A stretch of 34,570 nucleotides of DNA from Deltaproteobacteria bacterium (GTDB taxonomy: Bacteria; Desulfobacterota; Desulfobacteria; Desulfobacterales; JAUVKB01). Under the pieces are notes generated by a model that did no database searches, was not told the origin of the DNA, and saw only the letters and a list, made by a program, of their open reading frames with translations. Location of the stretch: assembly GCA_030596405.1 (NCBI GenBank), contig JAUVKB010000001.1, forward strand, positions 1 through 34,570. Direction: 5' to 3'. Shown here piece after piece: positions 10,908 to 20,220 of the stretch; positions within the stretch are counted from its first letter, which is position 1; every line of letters starts with the position of its first letter. The position numbers and the translations under genes were made by a program.

Positions 10908-10960
10908 AAAAAAAAACCACAAAAGATCGTATCCCTATGATACGCATACCTTCGTGGTTT
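10908..10960 (-). promoter_or_regulatory. Terminator-like hairpin plus U-run inside the 5' leader of the DUF4198 gene (candidate attenuator or riboswitch expression platform)
   Basis: Minus strand reads AAACCAC-GAAGGTATG-CGTATC-ATAGG-GATACG-ATCTTTT-GTGGTTT followed by TTTTTT. Then comes GCGCACACGGAGGTAACTT-ATG. The hairpin ends 19 nt before the start codon. No upstream gene on that strand needs terminating. Confidence 0.5.
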
Positions 10961-11073
10961 GGATTAATTTTCTAATAAATTGTAGTAAAAATAATTATTG
11001 CAATGCAACAGGCTTCAGCCTATTAATTATTGTTATAATTAATTAACAAACAAAGATATGTCAATAAAAAAAC

Positions 11074-11505
11074 ATGAGATATTTGCTGTTATTATTAGCA
11101 TTGATTTATGTCCTTTCTCCATACGATCTTCTTCCCGATTTTATTGTCGGCTGGGGATGGCTTGATGACCTGGCAATTTTGGGGCTTGTGTGGAGGTATT
11201 TTTTTTCCGGCAAAAAAAAGCCGGACAGCAGGCGGGTTTATGAGAATAATAAAGGAAACGGGTTTTTTGACAATGAAACATCTGGTACAGGTTATCAGTA
11301 CGGACAAGACGCCGCGCCTGATGATCCTTACAAGATCCTGGGTGTCAGAAGGGATGCGTCTGCTGAAGAGATAAAGAAAGCCTACAGACAGCTTGCAAAC
11401 AAATTCCATCCTGATAAAGTACTTCATTTGGGAGAAGAATTCAGAGAGCTGGCGGAAAAACGCTTTAAGGAGATACAAAAGGCTTACCAGGAATTGTCAA
11501 AATAG
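11074..11505 (+). CDS. DUF1232 (YkvA-like) membrane segment fused to a C-terminal J domain
   Basis: N-terminal segment [27 protein letters not shown] domain DPYKILGV...[17 protein letters not shown] with the HPD tripeptide. Confidence 0.85.
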   Translation: MRYLLLLLALIYVLSPYDLLPDFIVGWGWLDDLAILGLVWRYFFSGKKKPDSRRVYENNKGNGFFDNETSGTGYQYGQDAAPDDPYKILGVRRDASAEEIKKAYRQLANKFHPDKVLHLGEEFRELAEKRFKEIQKAYQELSK

Positions 11506-11669
11506 ACCAAATTAAAACATGGAGGGGCTTTTCTCAAAAAACATTATATCCCCGGTATAAAATAACGCCCAAAATTACCGCGCCCAAGAGAAGCGCGAAT
11601 ATTAATTGATCCTTATCAAACTTTTTCATGCCATAAAAATTCACACCATAAAGATTCACGACACAAAGA

Positions 11670-12887
11670 CTATTTTTTATCCAGTTCGAATGCCGAGTGA
11701 AGGACACGAACCGCAAGTTCAGTATATTTTTCTTCGATAACGCAAGATATTCTGATTTCTGATGTGCTGATCAGCCTGATATTTATATTTTCATCGGCCA
11801 GTGCGGCAAACATTTTTGCAGCGACCCCTGAATGGCTTTTCATGCCGACACCGGTAACGGATATCTTTGCGATATTTTCGGCAGACAATACTTCTTCTGC
11901 ATTTATCTCTTGCGCCACTTTGCTGGATATTTCCAGCGCTGCTTTAAAGTCTGTTTTAGGAACGGTGAATGTAAGATCTGTTTGCCCGCCGGAACGGGTA
12001 TTTTGGATTATCATATCAACATGAATGCCCGCTTCTGCAATGGGGGAGAACAGCTTTGCTGAGATTCCCGGCTGATCAGGAACTTTTTTCAGAGTGATTC
12101 GCGCTTCATCTTTGTTACAGGTTACACCGGATACGACAGGACTTTCCATGCTGGAATCTTCGTTTACAACCATAGTGCCCTCCTTCTCATAAAATGATGA
12201 CCTCACATGCACAGGGACGTTATATTTTTTTGCAAATTCAACCGAACGAATTTGAAGAACTTTTGCGCCGAGACTTGACATTTCAAGCATTTCATCAAAT
12301 GAAATTTTGTCCAGCTTCCTTGCTTTTTTGCAGATGTTCGGATCCGCGGTATAAATTCCATCCACGTCGGTATATATTTCACATACATCCGCTTTAAGCG
12401 CATGTGCTATTGCCACGGCGGACGTGTCCGACCCACCTCGACCAAGTGTCGTAATGTTACCTTCGGCGTCCCATCCCTGAAACCCTGCTATCACGACGAT
12501 GTTACGTTTATCAATCAGCTCCCTGACACGGTTAGCGCCTATTTTAACAATTCGGGCGTAACCGAAATTTGGATCGGTAACAATTTCCGCCTGAAATCCA
12601 AGTAATGATACAGCAGGGTAATTCATGGCTTTTAATGTCATTGATAAAAGAGCTACGGTTGTCTGTTCTCCTGTCGCAAGCAAGACATCGAGCTCACGTT
12701 TTTCAGGAGAGTCGGTCACTTCCCTTGCCAGCCCGATCAGATTGTCAGTAGTGCCTGCCATGGCTGAAAGGATGACGACCACATCGTTACCCTGATCAAA
12801 TGTCTTTGCAACCCGCCTGGCCACAATGCGGATACGCTCGACATCAGCAACCGAAGTTCCACCGTATTTTTGAACAATTAAACCCAT
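11670..12887 (-). CDS. lysC: Aspartate kinase
   Basis: ATG at 12887 is preceded by AAGGAG. The N-terminus is MGLIVQKYGGTSV. The protein has an amino-acid kinase domain and two C-terminal ACT-like repeats, 405 aa in total. Confidence 0.95.
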   Translation of the reverse strand: MGLIVQKYGGTSVADVERIRIVARRVAKTFDQGNDVVVILSAMAGTTDNLIGLAREVTDSPEKRELDVLLATGEQTTVALLSMTLKAMNYPAVSLLGFQAEIVTDPNFGYARIVKIGANRVRELIDKRNIVVIAGFQGWDAEGNITTLGRGGSDTSAVAIAHALKADVCEIYTDVDGIYTADPNICKKARKLDKISFDEMLEMSSLGAKVLQIRSVEFAKKYNVPVHVRSSFYEKEGTMVVNEDSSMESPVVSGVTCNKDEARITLKKVPDQPGISAKLFSPIAEAGIHVDMIIQNTRSGGQTDLTFTVPKTDFKAALEISSKVAQEINAEEVLSAENIAKISVTGVGMKSHSGVAAKMFAALADENINIRLISTSEIRISCVIEEKYTELAVRVLHSAFELDKK

Positions 12888-12968
12888 CTTATCTCCTTCA
12901 TACATCGTCAAATCGTCAATTAAAAAATGTTTAAATTAACGATTTTGTAAAAAATGTGACATGCCACT

Positions 12969-13463
12969 TTACGGCACTCTATTGAAAAGTCGAAGTTTTT
13001 CTATCAGGTCGATTCCTTCCCGTCCATATGCAGTGATATCTATTTTCCGCAATTTATCACTCAGTATGTCAAAAGCAAAACGTATTGCAACATGTTCAGA
13101 TAAAATATCCATATCGAGTTTGTCCGCCCATTCAATGGCGACAACACCGTTTTTGCCGGACAATATTTCATAAAGACCGATATCTTCAAAATCATAAAAA
13201 TTGCTGATACGATAAAGGTCAACATGGAACAGGGGGTATCGACCAGGATACTCGTTTATCAAAGTGTAAGTAGGGCTTGTAACGTAATAATTTCCCGGAA
13301 CATCAAGACCTTCGGCAATTCCTTGTACAAAGACGGTCTTCCCGCTTCCAAGGCCGCCGGTTAAAGCGACTACACTCCCGGGTTTCAGCAATTTGCCGGT
13401 TTTGTATCCCAATATCCTGGTTTCTTTTTCAGAATGGCTCTTAATCTCAATCCTTAATGGCAT
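12969..13463 (-). CDS. tsaE: tRNA t6A37 biosynthesis ATPase TsaE (YjeE)
   Basis: P-loop GGLGSGKTVFVQGIAEGL, then SPTYTLINEY and HVDLYR motifs. The protein is 164 aa. Confidence 0.88.
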   Translation of the reverse strand: MPLRIEIKSHSEKETRILGYKTGKLLKPGSVVALTGGLGSGKTVFVQGIAEGLDVPGNYYVTSPTYTLINEYPGRYPLFHVDLYRISNFYDFEDIGLYEILSGKNGVVAIEWADKLDMDILSEHVAIRFAFDILSDKLRKIDITAYGREGIDLIEKLRLFNRVP

Positions 13464-13476
13464 GCTCTTTTTTGCA

Positions 13477-14196
13477 TTACAACTCTTTGATAAGGGCCAG
13501 CATATCTTTAACGGCTTTTTCCATGCCTGTAAATACGGCTCTGGAGATGATACTGTGACCTATGCTGAATTCATCAATTTCACTTAAGCCTTTAAACGCC
13601 TTAATGGTGTTATAGCACAATCCATGGCCGGCGTTTATGCCGAGCCGCAACCTATGGGCTATTTTGACCGCGTCTACAATTCTTGAAAAAGCCCGGTCTC
13701 TTCTTCTTGCAGTCGGCGCATCACAGAACGCCCCGGTATGAATTTCAACCATTGAAGCATCAATTTTGTGCGCCAGCTTAATCTGCTCAGGGTCCGGATC
13801 GATGAAAATGCTCACGGGGATACCGTCGTGTTGTAATGTTGCAACAGTTTCGGCAACAGCGTTACTGTGTACAACAAGATCCAGCCCGCCTTCAGTTGTA
13901 ATCTCTTCCCTTTTTTCAGGCACCAGGGTTACAAGCTCAGGTTTAATGTCGAGTGCAACCCCAACCATTTCAGAAGTCGAAGCCATCTCTAAAATAAGTT
14001 TTGTTTGAACAACTTTCCGTATTATTTTGACGTCACGATCCTGGATATGGCGTCGATCTTCACGCAGGTGAACGACAATGCCGTCTGCTCCGGCCAGTTC
14101 TGCCAGCACCGCGGCTGATACAGGATCCGGGTATGAAGCTTTTCTGGCCTCTCTAAGAGTTGCAACATGATCGACATTTACAGCTAATCCCGCCAT
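13477..14196 (-). CDS. pdxJ: Pyridoxine 5'-phosphate synthase
   Basis: ATG at 14196 has GGAGG 7 nt upstream; the track ORF starts at TTG 14199. Motifs are LAVNVDHVATLR, HLREDRRHI, EIHTG and NAGHGL. Confidence 0.95.
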   Translation of the reverse strand: MAGLAVNVDHVATLREARKASYPDPVSAAVLAELAGADGIVVHLREDRRHIQDRDVKIIRKVVQTKLILEMASTSEMVGVALDIKPELVTLVPEKREEITTEGGLDLVVHSNAVAETVATLQHDGIPVSIFIDPDPEQIKLAHKIDASMVEIHTGAFCDAPTARRRDRAFSRIVDAVKIAHRLRLGINAGHGLCYNTIKAFKGLSEIDEFSIGHSIISRAVFTGMEKAVKDMLALIKEL

Positions 14197-14229
14197 CAAA
14201 AGACCTCCATTTTTGGTTGGGTATGTGAT

Positions 14230-14664
14230 TTACTTGAGCAATTCTATAATTTCGTTGCTTTTTTTTTCCATTTTAAACGCTTCCTGCTCTGTTTTTTCAT
14301 GGTCGTAACCGAAAAGATGAAGTATCCCATGCACAAGAAGCTGTGTGAAACGCTTTTCCAAATTTATGTCTGCTTCCTTGCTTTCTCTATGAGCAGTTTC
14401 AATAGAAATTACCACGTCACCAAGAATCTGTGGATTTATATTCGAAAAACCACCCTCGCGCATCGGAAAAGCTATAACATTGGTTGGGCCGGAACGGCTC
14501 AGATATTTTTTGTTTAATACTTCGATCCGGGCATCATCGACGATCAGAATAGAAAGTTCTCCATCAGGACAGTCCAAGACGTTTAAAATTGTTCGAGCCT
14601 CTTTTTCCATCTTTTCCGGGGATATCTTGAATCGGTTTTGCCTGTTGTTTATCAGGACTTCCAT
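14230..14664 (-). CDS. ybeY: rRNA maturation endoribonuclease YbeY
   Basis: Zinc motif HGILHLFGYDH. ATG at 14664 has GGAAAGGG upstream (alternative ATG at 14679). The start lies inside the 3' end of the upstream HD gene. Confidence 0.9.
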   Translation of the reverse strand: MEVLINNRQNRFKISPEKMEKEARTILNVLDCPDGELSILIVDDARIEVLNKKYLSRSGPTNVIAFPMREGGFSNINPQILGDVVISIETAHRESKEADINLEKRFTQLLVHGILHLFGYDHEKTEQEAFKMEKKSNEIIELLK

Positions 14665-16957
14665 TTTTACCCTTTCCATTGACCAAAGCCGGGTTTTCCG
14701 AATATTCGATGCGGTGGTGATATATTCCGTTTAATATTTTGTTAAAATTTTTTGCAATATTATGCAGGTCTTTTAATGTCAGTTCACAATCGTCAAGCTG
14801 GCCGTCGGAAAAAATTTTGTTGATTAAATTTTGTACAAGCGCCTGAATTTTTGCCGGCGTTGGAGTGTCAAGCGTTCTTGACGCTGCTTCAACCGAGTCC
14901 GCCAGCATGACAAGACCGGCCTCTTTAGTCTGGGGTTTTGGCCCGGGATACCTGAAGTCGTCGATTTTTACCGCATCTTTTCCTTTTAACTGTTTTGCCT
15001 TCTCATAGAAAAATCTGATGAGGCTTGTTCCGTGGTGTTGCATAATCGCCTCGGTTATGGTCTGGCCCAATTTATTTTTCCTTGCCATTTCAGCCCCGTT
15101 CTTTACGTGTGAAATAAGTATAAGAGCGGACATGGAAGGCGCAAGTTTGTCATGCTTGTTTTTGCCGTTACTCTGGTTTTCAATAAAATATAACGGCTTA
15201 TTGATTTTGCCGATATCGTGATAATAACCGCATACTTTAGCCAGCAAAGGATTTGCGCCTATTTCAGATGCTGCGGCTTCAACCATTGACCCGACAATAA
15301 CAGAATGATTATAGGTTCCCGGAGCCTCTATCATAAGTCTGCGGAGTATCGGTTGATCAAGATTCGCAAGTTCAAGGAGCTTTATATCGGTTGTGTAACC
15401 AAAGGTAATTTCTACAAGTGGCGCGATACCGGATGTTACGATTCCTGCGACAATGCCTCCCAGAAACGCAAAAGACCAGTCCCACAAAAGTTTAACTCCG
15501 GAAAAATTAACCACATAGACATCTATTGATGTCGCAAGTATCATGTTCAGCAATCCGAGCTTCAGGCCCGCCTTGATAAATACTTTTCGTTCCCGGCAAT
15601 TCTGCATCCAGTAGGCGGCCATCGTGCTGTTTATAAGGAAATAGATAAAAACCTCAAACCTGTTCTCAAAAATAATCGCTGTGCAGGCTGCCATTATCAG
15701 GGCAAAAGGAACGGCAAGGTTAATTCCCAGGAAGAGACAGATGGTCATGGCGCTTGAAGCCAATGGAATCCCAAAACCCATTGATGCGGCGGGTATGGAA
15801 AACGGTGTGTTTTGATCCAGTGATTTAAACATGTACGCTGATATTTCGGCAACAAGAAAAAACGCAACAAGGACACTTGCCATAAAAAGGATATTCTTGT
15901 TGAGGTCGCGTGTAATGTTGTTTTGATGCATTATGTGCAGGTTATATGTCATGATAAGAAGACAAAAGATTATCATCGCCGCACCGATGCTGCTTACGGA
16001 TATTTCTTCTTTTGCCGTCTGGACATGTAATGCCTGCAGCTTTAAAAGCTGTACCTGGGTTACCCTTTCCCCTTCCCGCAGGAGCATCTCGCCGGCTTTG
16101 ATTTTGTAAAGAACCGGTTTGATTTCAGAAGAAGCCTTTTTTTTACGTTCTCCGGTTTCGTGTATGTTTAAAGTAATATTGGGCTGAATAAGTCTTTGAG
16201 CAAAATCAACGATCAGATTTAACAACGTATAATTAACATTCTTAAGGTATGGCTGGCCGACAATTCTGACCATGGTTTTGGCCTGGTCAAGGCTGTAGTA
16301 GGCTTTTAAGTTATGAACGATTTTTTCCGTCTTTGTCCCTACATTCCTTAAAATTATCCCTTTATCCGATTCCTTAAGGAGGGCCTCTTTATTTGCGACC
16401 ACACCGTTTTGCAATATATCAGTTAAAAGTCTAATGATAAGACTTGATATGTCATCAGAAAATTTTTCGTCTGCCAGTATTTTATAAGCGCCCTGACTAA
16501 CTGATATTCCGAGTATTTTTTCAAAGCCCTCCTTTTCCCGCAAAATCTGGTTATATGCGGATTGTTGCTTCGATGATGTTTTGTTCTGGTTTTCCGTTAT
16601 AAGTTTGTAATTTTTACGAAGATAGGCAAATGATTCTTTTGTCTGTTTTCTTAATTCCGGCAAAAGAACCAAATTATAATCGTAAACCGTCAAAACTTCA
16701 TCAACCGCCTGCCTGCGATTCCCTTCAGTCGCGTTTTTGTCCTCGATAAAAAAGTCTTTTGGCGCTTTTATGTCTCTTTCAGCAACATCTCCTAAATGGT
16801 AAGGATGTCCGGTGACCACGAGATTAGGATAGAGAAAGATGGTAAAAATTATGGTAACGCCGGCCAAAATAACCCAGTGGATGTAATTGCTGGAGGCGAA
16901 AAAAGTAGCGATAGATTTTTTTGTTTTTTTAACGCTCATTTTATTAATATCAACCAT
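14564..16957 (-). CDS. 7TM-receptor HD-domain phosphohydrolase (PgpH/YqfF family)
   Basis: One N-terminal TM helix, an extracytoplasmic domain, a block of about 7 TM helices, and an HD domain (HSVIVGSM ... YYHDIGK). The gene order HD then ybeY is the classical arrangement. The start is uncertain (ATG 16957 or 16939; the track ORF starts at TTG 16963). Confidence 0.9.
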   Translation of the reverse strand: MVDINKMSVKKTKKSIATFFASSNYIHWVILAGVTIIFTIFLYPNLVVTGHPYHLGDVAERDIKAPKDFFIEDKNATEGNRRQAVDEVLTVYDYNLVLLPELRKQTKESFAYLRKNYKLITENQNKTSSKQQSAYNQILREKEGFEKILGISVSQGAYKILADEKFSDDISSLIIRLLTDILQNGVVANKEALLKESDKGIILRNVGTKTEKIVHNLKAYYSLDQAKTMVRIVGQPYLKNVNYTLLNLIVDFAQRLIQPNITLNIHETGERKKKASSEIKPVLYKIKAGEMLLREGERVTQVQLLKLQALHVQTAKEEISVSSIGAAMIIFCLLIMTYNLHIMHQNNITRDLNKNILFMASVLVAFFLVAEISAYMFKSLDQNTPFSIPAASMGFGIPLASSAMTICLFLGINLAVPFALIMAACTAIIFENRFEVFIYFLINSTMAAYWMQNCRERKVFIKAGLKLGLLNMILATSIDVYVVNFSGVKLLWDWSFAFLGGIVAGIVTSGIAPLVEITFGYTTDIKLLELANLDQPILRRLMIEAPGTYNHSVIVGSMVEAAASEIGANPLLAKVCGYYHDIGKINKPLYFIENQSNGKNKHDKLAPSMSALILISHVKNGAEMARKNKLGQTITEAIMQHHGTSLIRFFYEKAKQLKGKDAVKIDDFRYPGPKPQTKEAGLVMLADSVEAASRTLDTPTPAKIQALVQNLINKIFSDGQLDDCELTLKDLHNIAKNFNKILNGIYHHRIEYSENPALVNGKGKNGSPDKQQAKPIQDIPGKDGKRGSNNFKRLGLS

Positions 16958-17023
16958 TGCCAAGTTGTAGCGTGATTATAGATAAAGTTTTTTATTTATG
17001 TCAACACAAGATAAGACCCGCGC

Positions 17024-17224
17024 CAGGGCAAACGCATTTGGAATTAACCCTTGAGCACTTTAGCGCTGATGTCCAATGCCCGATGCAGCCGGTTCCCAAT
17101 CCCCCAGTGGCCTCGAATCGTCCTGCTTGTTACCTCTGTTTCCAATTATTTCATGCCGTTATAAAAGTTCCCCGCAGCCCCCGTAAAAACCGGTGCTTCC
17201 TGATTACCAAATGCGGTTACCCTG
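17024..17224. repeat. 201-bp intergenic element bounded by ~21-nt inverted termini (possible MITE or structured RNA)
   Basis: The left arm CAGGGCAAACGCATTTGGAATT is at 17024-17045. The reverse complement of 17204-17224 reads CAGGGTAACCGCATTTGGTAAT. The same motif recurs at 25779-25800. No convincing coding potential was seen. Confidence 0.6.
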
Positions 17225-17242
17225 AAAAAGCCTCGTTACTTC

Positions 17243-17270
17243 TTGACAATATAAAAACACTTATTATATT
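17243..17270 (+). promoter_or_regulatory. Sigma-70-type promoter candidate for the FmdB-family gene
   Basis: TTGACA (17243-17248), a 16-nt spacer, then TATATT (17265-17270). It lies about 90 nt upstream of ATG 17362. Confidence 0.5.
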
Positions 17271-17361
17271 TGATTCAGATTTGTGTTACGTCAATAAAAC
17301 AGATTTTATAATTTGGTAATTGAGTAATGCTTGGCACTATCATATAAGGAGTTTTTTTAAT

Positions 17362-17640
17362 ATGCCAATCTATGAGTATCAATGTACAAAATGCGGTAAA
17401 ATCGATGAAGTCATACAGAAATTTTCCGACAAGCCATTTACACAATGCAAGTACTGTTCAGGTAAACTTCATAAGCTGATTTCCAACAGCACTTTTCATC
17501 TTAAGGGTACGGGATGGTATGTAACAGACTACGCAAACAGTTCTCATAACTCTTCCGCCCCCCCAAAAAAGACGGGGGAAACATCGACCGCAAACACTAA
17601 AAAAACAGAAGAAACATCCAGTAAAATTTCAAAAGAATAG
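17362..17640 (+). CDS. FmdB family zinc-ribbon protein (CxxC_CxxC_SSSS)
   Basis: MPIYEYQCTKCGK...CKYCSG signature with AAGGAG 10 nt upstream of the ATG. The C-terminal tail is low-complexity. The track ORF begins at an upstream TTG. Confidence 0.8.
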   Translation: MPIYEYQCTKCGKIDEVIQKFSDKPFTQCKYCSGKLHKLISNSTFHLKGTGWYVTDYANSSHNSSAPPKKTGETSTANTKKTEETSSKISKE

Positions 17641-17736
17641 TCGCCCGCTTATCCATATTATCTCTTTGTTATTACAAGTAAGGTTGCAGAGGTATATGGG
17701 CGTTTTAGAAAATTGAAAAAATTTACATAAAATATC

Positions 17737-17768
17737 TTTACAAGTACAAACATGTGATTATCATGTTT
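17737..17768 (+). promoter_or_regulatory. groESL promoter candidate overlapped by a 7-N7-7 palindrome (candidate operator)
   Basis: TTTACA (17737-17742), a 16-nt spacer, then TATCAT (17759-17764). The perfect inverted repeat AAACATG-TGATTAT-CATGTTT at 17748-17768 covers the spacer and the -10 box. Confidence 0.4.
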
Positions 17769-17857
17769 ATAACATATTTAATTTTGTCGATTAACAGCTT
17801 TTTATCATAATAATGCTTTTAAAATTTGGCTATAAAGAAAAAAGGAGAATTTAGACA

Positions 17858-18145
17858 ATGAAGCTCAGACCATTACAGGATCGAATTTTAGTACAACGTG
17901 TTGAAGAAGAGACAACAACTAAGGGAGGGATTATTATACCGGACTCGGCCAAGGAAAAACCGGCTGAAGGGAAAGTTGTCGCCGTCGGTTCCGGCAAGAT
18001 AGGAGAAGACGGCAAAAGGATTCCTCTTGAAATTAAGACCGGCGACCGAATCCTGTTCGGCAAATATTCGGGTACGGAGGTAAAGATTGAGGGCGAAGAG
18101 CATCTGATCATGCGTGAAGATGACGTTCTTGCTATAATCGAATAA
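17858..18145 (+). CDS. groES: Co-chaperonin GroES
   Basis: [18 protein letters not shown]...[13 protein letters not shown]...GKVVAVG is the canonical Cpn10 sequence. AAGGAG lies upstream. Confidence 0.98.
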   Translation: MKLRPLQDRILVQRVEEETTTKGGIIIPDSAKEKPAEGKVVAVGSGKIGEDGKRIPLEIKTGDRILFGKYSGTEVKIEGEEHLIMREDDVLAIIE

Positions 18146-18168
18146 TAATAATCAAAATGGAGGGATAG

Positions 18169-19821
<1,653 letters not shown>

Positions 19822-19855
19822 ATCGCCCTTATTTATAATTTATATTGATCTTAAT

Positions 19856-19895
19856 AAAGTCCTTATGTGTTTTGCATAAGGGCTTTATTGTTTTT
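19856..19895 (+). terminator. Rho-independent terminator of groESL
   Basis: AAAGTCCTTATG-TGTTTTG-CATAAGGGCTTT forms a 12-bp stem with one G.U pair. It is followed by ATTGTTTTT and lies 35 nt after the groEL stop. Confidence 0.8.
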
Positions 19896-19919
19896 AGCGG
19901 GCGGATAGCATTGAAAAGC

Positions 19920-19948
19920 TTGACAAATTTTTCATAAACAGGTTAATA
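19920..19948 (+). promoter_or_regulatory. Sigma-70-type promoter candidate
   Basis: TTGACA (19920-19925), a 17-nt spacer, then TTAATA (19943-19948). It lies upstream of the small ORF and the MBL gene. Confidence 0.45.
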
Positions 19949-20017
19949 TATTATATAATGCAACGGCAAAGGTCGCCGTCTGGTAAAAGCTTTGGGGGGC
20001 GAATTGAGCTTAGACTA

Positions 20018-20164
20018 ATGAAATATACCTGCGTCGATTATAGATTAGAAATGACCCTCCTGGGTCTTAGAAGGCGTCTGGGTCAGGATGGCTTGGGCGA
20101 CAAAGAAAGAAAAGATATCCTTTTACAAATACAAAAGATTGAAGCTGACATGGGTATTGATTAA
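20018..20164 (+). CDS. Hypothetical small charged protein (48 aa)
   Basis: ATG at 20018 encodes MKYTCVDYRLEMTLLGLRRRL...IQKIEADMGID. It sits between a predicted promoter and the MBL gene. The SD is weak and no family was recognised. Confidence 0.3.
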   Translation: MKYTCVDYRLEMTLLGLRRRLGQDGLGDKERKDILLQIQKIEADMGID

Positions 20165-20220
20165 TTCTCTTACTACGGAAATATGCTCGGAATTACATGC
20201 AAAGGTAAAACTTGTTCTAA

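Noticed and set aside
11534-11629. 31-aa single-TM mini-ORF (MKKFDKDQLIFALLLGAVILGVILYRGYNVF) downstream of lysC
   Set aside because: It is plausible as a small membrane protein. However, there is no SD within range, and the longer track ORF overlaps lysC. The support is insufficient.
17024-17224. Riboswitch look-alikes in the repeat element: GCCACTGGGGGATTGGGAAC on the minus strand (cobalamin-like) and CAGGGCAAAC...GCGGTTACC (c-di-GMP-I-like ends)
   Set aside because: No B12 box or GGUGC/AAUCC core is present for cobalamin. No ACGCAAAGC core is present for GEMM-I. The resemblance is limited to short strings, and the same termini occur at an unrelated locus.
16957-17319. 120-aa plus-strand ORF spanning the pgpH-fmdB intergenic region
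   Set aside because: It has no SD and a Pro/Cys-rich, non-protein-like sequence. It exactly covers the inverted-terminus element, which is better explained as non-coding.
17332-17346. TGGCAC hexamer upstream of the FmdB gene as a possible sigma-54 promoter
   Set aside because: The -12 position reads TATAA rather than TTGC, so the invariant GC is missing. A good sigma-70 promoter lies just upstream.
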